This document shows, piece by piece, positions 1 to 10,060 of a stretch of 64,000 nt of DNA (its first letter is position 1; each line of letters begins with the position of its first letter). Made by a program: the position numbers and the translations under genes. The stretch covers positions 7,346,634 to 7,410,633 of the forward strand of contig MU055362.1 of NCBI GenBank assembly GCA_013239625.1, in the 5' to 3' direction. The notes under the pieces were generated by a model that did not search any database, was not told the DNA's origin, and was given only the letters and a program-made list of their open reading frames with translations. This DNA is from Lama guanicoe. Taxonomy: Eukaryota.

Positions 1-369
1 ACTTTTTCAGGGAAGATTTTGGGTATATATATTTTTTAATTGCTTTAATACCATTTCCAGTCTTCCTCACACCACGGTGATGGTAACCTAGTAACTAGAA
101 CCCACAAAGCTAGACTCTAACCCAATACTAGTAGAAAAGGGTGGTGGGAACATTTCCAGGTAGGTAACGATCATTAAGGTCCAACAGCAGAAAATAAGTA
201 CCTTCTAGATATAAACCATAACCAAGAATATGCCAAAAAAAAAAACCCAACTATTTTTAAAGAAAGAAAACCTGATAAGCAAGGCCTGTTTTATCAACAG
301 AAGAGCATTTTGTCACATACACCCCCACCTCCCCAAGAAAGGAAGCAAATGCCTCCGAAGGTCACTTAC
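1..369 (-). other. TCF7L2: 5' start of the TCF7L2 intron downstream of exon 5
   Basis: Begins with the GTAAGTGAC donor (plus-strand gtcacttac, 361-369). Confidence 0.93.
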
Positions 370-471
370 GACGATGTGTGCCGGCGACGGAGAGCGGGCA
401 TCCTTGAGGGCTTGTCTGCTCTGGAGGGTCCCCGCCTGAACGTCCAGCAGTGGCCATTTCATCTGAAGATA
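370..471 (-). CDS. TCF7L2: TCF7L2 (TCF-4) internal coding exon 5, 102 bp, phase 0/0
   Basis: The minus strand reads ...ctttgcttgctccctgcag|TAT CTT CAG ATG AAA TGG ... CAC ATC GTC|gtaagtgac. It has a canonical AG acceptor with pyrimidine tract and a consensus GTAAGT donor. The translation YLQMKWPLLDVQAGTLQSRQALKDARSPSPAHIV matches recalled human TCF7L2 (…QAGSLQSRQALKDARSPSPAHIV) at 33/34 residues. Confidence 0.97.
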
Positions 472-3400
472 CTGCAGGGAGCAAGCAAAGTGAACATGAA
501 AAATGAATTAAGAAACGAAATGCAAACGGCTGCCCCGAGAGGTAACTCTTGGGGTACGTGACATGATCAGAAACTGCGAAGCTTAAAAGTGTGCGAATAA
601 CGACACCAAAAAACTTGAAAGCACGCAAGTAACAGCGACATCGACAGAAGAATCATGCAACACGGACAGGTTCTTCCTCAGAGCTCACGTTCGACAGGTA
701 CACATATAGAACATCAATGTTATTAGCAACTGTAGTTTCGTCTTTGCAGACAAACTACAGAGTGCCCTCAGATAGTGTTGTCATCGCTGTACTTAGAGGA
801 GAGCCGCAGCAGGGGGTGGGGAGGAAGACTGAAGAAGGGAGGGGACACAGATCTCTTCTGAAGGAAGACAGCAAACACAGTCTCAAGCCAGGTGTCCCAG
901 GAGACCTGCAATGCCCAATCTGCTCTTTTAGCGACCTTCATTTCTAAAATGCCAGCATCCTTCACTTTCAAGAAAGCTGAGAACATACAAGCAGCTGTCC
1001 TTTAGTAGAAGCTACCTGAGTAAGGTGAGGATGGAATTCCTCGTCCAACTCCAAAATATCTCCTGGGTAACAGACACGCAGACAGGGCAATTTATACGTG
1101 CAGCTCAAAAGGCCAAAGAAATTCTTAAACACACACAGGTTTACCACCTGTGTGAGAAAAGCAAAGGACGCCAACTGGATGTATCTCTGCGCACAAGGGA
1201 CACGAACTACTTCTGTGCAAGGTGATACCTCGGCTCTCAGGGGGATGTGAACCATCAGCTGACCCAGCTCCTTATTGTGAAGATTAGGGAAACTGAGGGG
1301 AGGTGACGTGTCCAGTCACAGAGGGATTTAGCTCATGTATAAGCAACCTCCAGGTATTTGACTTTTGTCGGTGACATTACACCAGTTTCACTTCGCAACC
1401 AAACAAAACTTAGACACAATGCTAAGATTTTAACAAGGACCTCAGTCCTAGCCTTTGTGCCTCCGAAGGCCAACTGATGAAGGAGCCATGCTGAACTTTC
1501 TAGAGGCTAGTTTTATTCTACAGAAAACTTTACTTGAGGAACACTGATGAAAGCTTGCCTCATGCACTCCCTTCTTGCCAAGCATCCTGGAGAGACCAAG
1601 ACGGCCCCCGTCAGAGAGCTCAGGCACGCGTGAGGGAACCAACTCATGGCAGACACGTCACGAGACAACGTGGTGAGGCTCTGACAGAGACTGGGGGAGT
1701 TGGGCCCAGCGACCGCCCGAGACAAGGCGGCACTTCTGAGAAAAGAGACTGAGGAAGGCTGCAGGTTATGTCTTGCGAAGTCAGAAAGGTTCGGGCAGAA
1801 AGAAAAAGAACAGCCAAGGGCAGTCCAAAGAAGGGAGGGTTTGCTCAAATCCCCCGTGAGATGGAAGAGCCAAACCATCCGCAAGCTCTTCCATGGGTTC
1901 CTCAAAGAGACACAACCATTCCAGCAGATTAAACCCAAACTCGGTTACATCTAACACTGAAAGACCCTAGCCCATGAGCTACCTGCCAAACTGCACGGTC
2001 GTCTTTCCAACCTAGATCTGCACAGGGTTGGATGGCTTCTGCCACATCAGAACTTTGACCTAGAAGCCGCCTGTGGTGAGGAAACCTGGTTCCTGGTTCT
2101 GGTCACTCACCACAGGACCTTCCACGGGGCTGTCCTAGCTGTGACGGGGGTGCCCCCGAGTACCAAAGCATTTCTAGGATTCTGGGCCCCCACACAGGAG
2201 ATGTCAGCAGGGACCTCCACCCCGCAAGTCACCCTTATAATCAAACATTGGTTCAGGGACATCATCATCCCAAACTAAGAGTCGCTGAGGTAAACGTTTC
2301 CACGGTCTCCCTCAGCCCCACAACCCAAGCCAGTGGGCCGAGGGAATCTATTTGCCTTGTCTCACCCTGACTTTTTCCCATCCTCACCTACCACATAAAT
2401 ACACGTGCCTCACTGGTCAAAACCCCTCAATAGAGTCATTTCCTTGAGGCCAACCAAAATGGACCCCCCGCCACCTCTTCAACACACAAAAACCTGCAAA
2501 GAAAAACGCCCAGCTGAGTCGCCACACACCCACACCCACACCCACACCCCCCTTCTGCCCTCAGTGACGAGGGTGAGATTCAAGGACAAGTTTTCGTCTT
2601 TGGCCATCTGCAGAACGGATTTGATTGTATCCAAATACCAGCTCCCCAGAATGAGGAAATTCAGGCTTTGTTTAAGGTGACGAGCCTGCCCCCAGGACCC
2701 CACCCAAGAATTATCATACCCATAACGCCATATTAATGCGCAGACTTATAATTCTTACTTTACATAAAAGCTTCATTGTGTGCCACATCCAATCTCCGCG
2801 GGCTACCTGCACCACATATTTTTATGAGCCTACATTTCAGCGCTCCGAGCCTCCAATACACATAATTTTCAATTATGTTAGGGCAGCCCAGGATCACTGC
2901 CTATATAACATTACTGGTTGGAGGAAATGAGACTCGGCCTTGCTGCCCAGAGAGAGCTAACCAAATCCAGATGGTGGCTAAGACGGCCCCAGCCCCGCCG
3001 ACTCGCAGGGACGCCGCGGTGACAGCCCCAACCTCTCCGTCCCCCCTGCAACTTGATCCCACAGAACTGGCTGGGTCCCCGCAAATCTGTGCCCATCCCT
3101 GGGGCCTTAACTGGCACTCAGGCTGACGAGGTTCCTTTTGGGGGAAATACATATTATGTCAGGATTTTTTAAAGGAAGTTATTAACCTCCTCCAAAAGTG
3201 ATGGGTTTCCCAGGTTCCTTCATCTCCTACAATTGGTCCTTATTAATAGGGAAAATAAATAAATAAAGGGGAAAAAGAGGAAATTAGGCACCATTATAGC
3301 CTAGAGGAAAATCTTTTCCTTCCTGGAGACATTTGAAGCAGCAGGAAATTCTACTCTGTCGGGTCCTAAAGGAAGACCTGAAGCAGGAGGCATCTCGGAT

Positions 3401-3544
3401 TTACGGAAGGGCTGGATCGCCACGCCACATTCTCCCCACGGTTCGACTTCGGTTTTTATATCCTTTTGGGGAAGAAAAAAAAAGTTCCCACCATCCTGCT
3501 ATAAAAACAACACTGGGCTCCAGGCTCCCTTCCTTTTAGGCCGC

Positions 3545-3800
3545 TCAACGTGGAAATTATGAATTGCCTACAAAAACATTCAACTTTTCAACAAACTGCA
3601 ATCAAATGGGGCTGTGGGAATTCCTGCATTGAAAACTGTTGGAAATGGAGTCTGCGCGACTTTCATTTTGCCATAAATAAATTCAGTCAATCAATAAGTC
3701 AATCAATCAGGTCATCCTGGCTTAAGCGTTTCATCCTTTGTTTAATACTAATGTTCTGCTCATGGCCCAGGAAATCCAAATCCCCTCCAAATCATATTTT
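3545..3800. promoter_or_regulatory. Candidate conserved intronic enhancer
   Basis: Repeat-free and AT-rich. Contains TGTGGGAA (RBPJ-type, 3613-3620), CCATAAA (CDX/posterior HOX-type, 3671-3677), a doubled AGTCAATCAAT (PBX/ONECUT-type, 3685-3707), AGGTCA and CTTTGTTTAAT. Motif evidence only. Confidence 0.45.
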
Positions 3801-4358
3801 ATGATACATCCCAGGGAGCCGAAGTTAAGCTGTGGACCTGTGAGCAGTCTTGAATATACAGACACCACCAAGCGCCTGAAAGGAAGGTTTAAAGGCCTAC
3901 TGAATTGTCAGCAAAGGTTTAAAAAAAAAAGGTACGCAGCTCTCATTTCTTCTCCTCCACTTCCCCCAGTAAAAAAGGAAAAAGAAAGACAAATGGGGAG
4001 AGTCTCCCAAATCAGAAGCCCCCTCCAAGATCTAAGTTTCTGGTGACCAGCAGCTACTCAAATGGGCCTGGTCAGACCTGCTCCCACAAAGGCATCTCGG
4101 TCCACATGAGTCCCGCTTCAGTGGCAAGGATGCTCAGAGAAGCTGCCACCTTCGGGCTGCAGGGCTCTCTGTACAAATGTATTATCTAAACACACAGGAC
4201 AACTCAAAGGACAACAATGATGATGATGCTGACGAAGTTTGCTGGGAAACCCCCACATCATTGATGAAACGCCAAAGCAGCTTCCAGGTACTTGCTCTCA
4301 TTCACCCCATTCCACAGATGGGTGGGAATGTGGAGTGAAGCCCTTTATTTGTTCCAGG

Positions 4359-4704
4359 CAGGACTGGCAAACTTTTTCTGTAAGGGGCCTGACAATAAAT
4401 ATCTTAGGTTTTCCAGCCCACACCGTCTCCATCCTAACTACTCGACTCTGCTGTCATAACACAAAAGCCCCGACAGGCAGTGCACATGTGCACTGTGTGT
4501 CATGGCTGTGTTCCAATAAAACTTTATTTAGGGATGCTGAAATCTGAATGTCATATGATTTCCCTGGGTCAGGAAATAGTATTTTCCTCTTGATTTTTTT
4601 CAGTCATTTAAAAATAATGAAAACCATTCTCAGCTCACGGACTGTACAAAACTGGCGGCAGATGGGACAGCTCTGGCCCATGAGCCACAGTTTGCCATCC
4701 CGAC
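4359..4704. mobile_element. MER58B-like hAT-Charlie DNA transposon (MITE)
   Basis: Terminal inverted repeats CAGGACTGGCAAACT ... AGTTTGCCATCCCG, and the internal MER58 hallmark 'ggctgtgttccaataaaactttattt'; about 345 bp. Confidence 0.8.
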
Positions 4705-5975
4705 TGTAGAGAATGAATGTGGAGACACCTGAATCATGTCAAACATTCCTTTATGGGGCCTTAAATCCAGACAGCCACACGCCATCACATAGGAAAGTGT
4801 TTGGTGGCCCAAAAGCAACATTTTGGATGAAATCGTCCCTGACAGACTCAAATTTGGGGAAAATGCTTGGAAAAGAATCTGAGCTCTCTGGCTGTGACTC
4901 CCAGTCACAAGGTCTAACCACTAGACCACAACCTCAATTGAAATAACCATCTCTCCTTCCGAAATGGAAGTTTGAAGATTCCTGAGCAATTCTGACTGGA
5001 AAAAGTTCACATGTCCAGAAGTTCTCACCCACTTCCCAGGAGACACTGGCAACATGTTACGTGTCCACGAGTCACCACACGAGAGCATCAGGCAGACGTT
5101 CCGCGGGTCCGTGCGGGGTGACGTGCCCTGAGTGCTCTGGGGTCAACTTTCCAGGTTCAGAAGTGCCTCTCTTCCAGAACTTGCACACATCACAAGGCTG
5201 GAATTAAGCTCACGTGTGCCAACTCTGCCACCAACAGATGGCATTAGCCACAGGCTCAGGCCAAATACAGGGTTCACGGTGGCAGAGGGGGCACTGTGAG
5301 GCCTGAACAGACTGTTCAACAGAGATGAAACCAGTCTCTTCTGGAAAACGGTCCCATAGAAAGCACACCACTCAGAACAGGGCTGATTCTAAAATTCTGA
5401 ACGCCTTGCTACCCTCCCCTGCCTGGTAGTTAGGTATTATTTACCTAAACACAAAAACAGCCTCAACAAAACAGCCTCTTCATGCCAAGCAATTTCTCAG
5501 TAGGGGTGCTTTTTCCTAGAAAAATCCATTTTAGAAGAATCCAAATTAACTGGAAACCATCCTCATGATAGATTTGGACTGCTAAGTCCTCCAAACTTAC
5601 CAGAGCCAGAAAGCTGTACACACTCTGTTTCTTATAAACTGGAAAGTAAACACTCCACCTCAACACCCTGCACTGAGAGGACTGCCAGCCATGGCCCATC
5701 ACGTCCAAATTCACTCATCCTTCCTCCCCCTGCAAGGTGACTTGCTCCCACTCTCCCCCGGCAGGCCCATGGCAGATCAGGCCGACTCTACCACAAATGT
5801 GCAACCAGAGAAGGGGTAACACCATGATTATACCCACAGCACTGAACGTTACCAAAGAAAAGGCTACCAGAAGCCACTCATCCTAAGCAGAAAATAGGAA
5901 AACTTCAGGAGCTCATACTGTGAGGCTCACCCCAAAAACACATCCACACACTTGGGTCTGTTAAAGAACAGGCTT

Positions 5976-6128
5976 AAACTATGTTCACTATCTTGTGATA
6001 ATCTTTCATGGGAAAAAAATAGGAAAATGAATATATGTATGTATATGCATGGCTGGGACATTGTGCTGTACACTAGAGACAGACACACTGTAATTGACTG
6101 TACTTCAAAAAATTAAAAAAGAAAGAAA
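5976..6128 (+). mobile_element. 5'-truncated young L1 3' end with A-rich tail and TSD
   Basis: L1 3'UTR-like sequence ('tgtgctgtacactaga...gactgtacttcaaaaaa') with an A-rich tail. The TSD is aaagaacaggctt (5963-5975) / aaagaacaagctt (6129-6141), preceded by tt, as in an L1 endonuclease TT|AAAG site. Confidence 0.8.
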
Positions 6129-6770
6129 AAAGAACAAGCTTGGCTGTCGCTTTCTGAACCTGCTTTGTTTCTTAGAACTGGAAGGTGGAAAATCCAGCCC
6201 ATCTTCTATAAGTAAGTAATTCTGCCCTGGGGATCATGGAACCCCAAATTATCTATCATGGTTCAAGTATAAGAAGTTGCGATTAATTTAATACTCCAGC
6301 CTACCCTCTGAATCACAGAAGTGCCAACGGGTTTCTAAAAGTTAGCAGTAATCACATGTACCTAACGGGAAACTACATGAAACTATCTTCACAATCTTGC
6401 AGGAACCTCAGGGGCCACCATTACAAAACTGGTTTGATCAATTTTCTGGCAGATGCAGAGGGAATCGGAGATTTGGCTGCTTCGTCCCAGGTTAAAACAT
6501 AGTCCAGGAATTTCTTCTTTTGAAAATCCACAGAGACTCTAATACAGAGGCTCTATTTAAAGAGGCATTATTTGCCTATAAAACATGACTGCAGAGAAGA
6601 AGAAAATTCAGGAAGGTGATTTCTGCTGGTTGGGATCTAGCATAAATGAGTATCTACTATAGTTACCTAGGAAGAGAAAAACCAAACACCTCAGAAGGCT
6701 GGATATATTCTGAACTCGAAGAACGAAAAAAGCTACAGATAAAGTTTAACAGGGTATTAGGATTGACACT

Positions 6771-6852
6771 TTTCTTTCTCTTTCTCTCTCTTTCTGTGTG
6801 TGTGTGTGTGTGTGTGTGCGCGCACGCGTGTGTGTGTTTGTGTGTGTGTGTG
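6771..6852. repeat. Compound (CT)n-(GT)n microsatellite with GCGCGCACGCG interruption
   Basis: Directly visible; abuts the tail of the adjacent SINE. Confidence 0.95.
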
Positions 6853-6970
6853 TTTTCTTTTGGATGGGGGATTGAGTTTATTTATTTATTTTAATGGAGG
6901 TACTGGGAATTGAACCCAGGACCTGGTGCATGCTGAGCATGCGCTCTACCACTTGAGCTATGCCCTCCCC
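6853..6970 (-). mobile_element. Camelid tRNA-derived SINE (vic-1-like)
   Basis: The reverse complement reads GGGGAGGGCATAGCTCAAGTGGTAGAGCGCATGCTCAGCATGCACCAGGTCCTGGGTTCAATTCCCAGTACCTCCATTAAAATAAATAAAT, with A and B boxes and an AT-rich tail. Confidence 0.9.
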
Positions 6971-9459
6971 TCATCGCTCTCTCTCTTTTAATGAAACCAA
7001 ACGCAGTAGAAACTTGGAACTGTTTGTTTCCCTTGAAGTCCCTATCTCATTTCTCAATGTAAAAGGAATATGGGGGAAAGGGCCAAGGGGCGGGAAGGGG
7101 AGGGGTAACCAAGGTATCTGTGCAAAACAACAATTTAACAGCCTTTTTTAATCCTCTCTCTCTATGAATTTGGTCATTGTAAGATTTTTAAACACAGTCT
7201 TTACAGTTATCCCTTTTCTTCCTAATCATAACAACTAAAGAGTCCTAACAGTACCACTTCACATTTAGAGAGTATTCAGAGTTCATAACCACATTCACAG
7301 CAATCCTATGACACAAATGTCAGAAAGCTACAACTAGCATTTTACCAAGGAGGAAACTAAGGCCAGCGGGGCAGCCCCGGCCAGCCCGCGCTCCCTGGGT
7401 CAGCCGGCGGGGCTCCAGGCCACCAGGGTGCTTCTCCTGTTCCTGACTTACCTTTCAGCCACGCCCCTCTGCCTTCCTTGAGTTCCTTATCAACTAACTG
7501 AGGCATCCTTGCTGGAACTCTCACCAGGGATCAGTGTCTCAAAGGGCACGGCTAAGGGAACGTCTCACAGTGTCCCCAAAGGAATAAATGATCCTTCTCC
7601 GCCATTTTCTATCTCTCTTCTCCCCCTAAGTTTCTGGGCAAACACTAAACTATCTTCCTCCGAGGGCATCAGAAAATTATCTCCATCAGAGCTCCAGAGG
7701 CCACTGGTACTAAGGGAAAAACAAAGCAAAAGAAGCAAGTAACAAAGAAACAACAAAATCCAATAACCAAAACTTCAGATTCACCGTTTCCTTTACCTCG
7801 CCAACCATTCAATAGCCCTGTCCCTGAGACATTTTGGCATATGGTATAGCAGCTCATAGACGTACAAGCTGGAAAGAATTGGCCCTTTCCTCTCAAACCC
7901 AGATGAGCTCCTCTGGGCTGGAGCGAGGCCTCCCTTTCTCTCTCCCAAAAAAGTTACTCTTAAAATTATGACTCTGTGCTCCCGGGAGTAGCACAAAAGG
8001 GAGAAAGAGTCTGGAAACCTATCTTCCAGGCCCAGCTCTGCCATTAGCTGGACAATCACTTCGCTTCTTCCCTGGGCAACCTCTTTCCCGCTCTGGGCTT
8101 AAGTCTACACAGCAGGAAAATAGGGGAACATAATCTCAAAAATCCCTTTCAACTCTAACATGGATTCCTGCAGCATTTACAAAGCATATGCTCAGAGTCC
8201 AGTGTAGACGAGATGTCCTGAGAAAAGTCACCTATGAACCAGTCGATACGACAAGCAGCTTACGAGTGGACTAATACAAGAAAGATAAGTGGAAACAGCA
8301 CGAAGAAAGATTCAGTTCATGACAGTGACACGGTCCCCCAGTTCCCAAACCTCTCTGGTTTACTGACAGAGACTTTTCCCTTGATCCACTCTAGACCTGC
8401 TTCACAAACTATCTGGGAGGGGGGCCAGGGGTCTGTATCTTCCTTTCCCCAACTTGCCAGGTGATGCTGATGATGAGACATTAGCAAAAATTATCAGTTA
8501 TAGGGCAGTGTCAAAGGGCGCGTTGTGTATGTGCCGAGTCCCCCTTACTTTCTCAAAGGCTCTTTTAAACTTCTAAACTGGTTGTCACTGCATCCTTTTT
8601 TTTTAAAGGGGTCAAGGCGGATAATCTCCAAATCCATGTTAGAAGAGAATAAAGTGAGGCAGAGAGAAATTAAGTGACTCAGCCATGCAGTTACAAGGGA
8701 TTCTGGACCAGAGACAGTTCTGGCATTTTCAGCCCAGAACTCTTAAAATCTCCCAAATGAGACTGAGTACAGTGGGCAGTGGGTACCCCCAGGTGAGGCC
8801 AGAAAAGCTGCAAGAGGGCAAAAGAAAGGGTGCAGCCCCCACCTCACGTAGGGAGCCAGCCTCAGAGACAAGGCGTTCCTCGGTCCTGACACCCAGACCA
8901 GGACCAGCCATTGCAGTCTTTGGGCAGCCTCAAGACTGAGGTCCCCAGAGAAGGGTTGTGGATTCCAAGCAAACGTCAGCCCTGCTTTAAGCATCCCAGT
9001 CCCTGAGCCACAGTCAGAGGACAAGAAGTCACTGGAAGAGGTGACAGCTGGAGCCCGAGCCCTCGCCCTCCCATCTGGCTCAGACAGGTCACCCCGTCTT
9101 CAGCCTCCAGACAGGGCAGCCCCAGCTCACCCCATGGCTCCTCCACACCCCCTCAAACCTCACATTAAGAGACAAACCAGAGACAACCTATCTTAAGGGA
9201 GAAAAACATTTAACAATCTCTTCATTTTCAAATCAACCTTGTGGTCAACACGTTTTTATTACTGCTTCTAATCAAAAGGCCAAGTGTAGTCCAGTGAACT
9301 GGAATGTTTTAGCTACGGCCTGCTCTTCTACAAGCATGCTGAGGTGGAAAACGGGCACCTTAAGACCAGAAAAGTAAGTTGGAAGACATGGAGCAGCTGG
9401 GGGACCAAGTGTGGACAGCAAGGGTGCCCAGAACACGGAGCACCCGTGAGATAAGAGTG

Positions 9460-10060
9460 CACCCAGTCTCTGCTGGCAAACGGATCAGTAAAACAATGGC
9501 ACATCCATACAATGGAATATGACTTGGCAATAAAAACTAACAAATTCTGACCCACGCTATACAACATGGAGGACCTTGAAATCATGCTAACTTGGGGGAG
9601 GGTGTAGCTCAGCGGTAGAATGTGTGCTTAGCATGGTGAGGTCCCGGCTTCAATCCCCATGCCTCCATTTAAATAAATAGATAAATAAACCTAATTACCA
9701 CCACCCCCCAAAAAAAGCCAAGAGAGAAAAGAAATCATGCTAACTTAAAGATAGCAGACCAAAAAAAGCCACATATTATATGATTCTTGCTTCAGGAAAT
9801 ATCCAGAATAGGCAAATCTATCGGGAAGGAGTAAATTAGGTACTGTCGGGTGCTGGAGGGAACAGGGATTAGGGAGTGACTGCTAGTGGGTACAAGGTTT
9901 CTTTTTGGGGTGATGAAAATGTTCTGGAAATAGATAGTGATGATGTCTGCACAACCTTGTGAATCTACTAAAACCCACTGAACTGTATACTTTACATGAG
10001 TAAGTTTTACAGTATGTGAATTAGATCTCAATTTTTTTAATGAATTACAAAAAAAAAAAG
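9460..10060 (+). mobile_element. Old L1 (L1MB-like) 3' end, interrupted by a SINE
   Basis: L1M hallmarks 'catccatacaatggaatat', 'aataggcaaatctat' and 'ggggtgatgaaaatgttctggaa', ending in an A-rich tail. Confidence 0.85.
9594..9730 (+). mobile_element. Camelid vic-1-like SINE with perfect 16-bp TSD
   Basis: GGGGGAGGGTGTAGCTCAGCGGTAGA...TTCAATCCCC...AAATAAACCTAATTACC. TSD gaaatcatgctaactt at 9578-9593 and 9731-9746. Confidence 0.95.

Noticed and set aside
362-628. 88-aa minus-strand ORF overlapping the TCF7L2 exon
   Set aside because: Wrong reading frame (…SSDEMATAGR…); the true frame is set by the splice sites and the TCF7L2 peptide.
5225-5300. CTCF-like motifs (CCAACAGATGGCA; AGGGGGCACT)
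   Set aside because: Only partial matches to the consensus; not supportable without a matrix scan or ChIP data.
9594-9670. tRNA-like sequences with A/B boxes (six copies)
   Set aside because: They have AT-rich or poly(A) tails, several have TSDs, and they diverge from one another, so they are tRNA-derived SINEs rather than tRNA genes.
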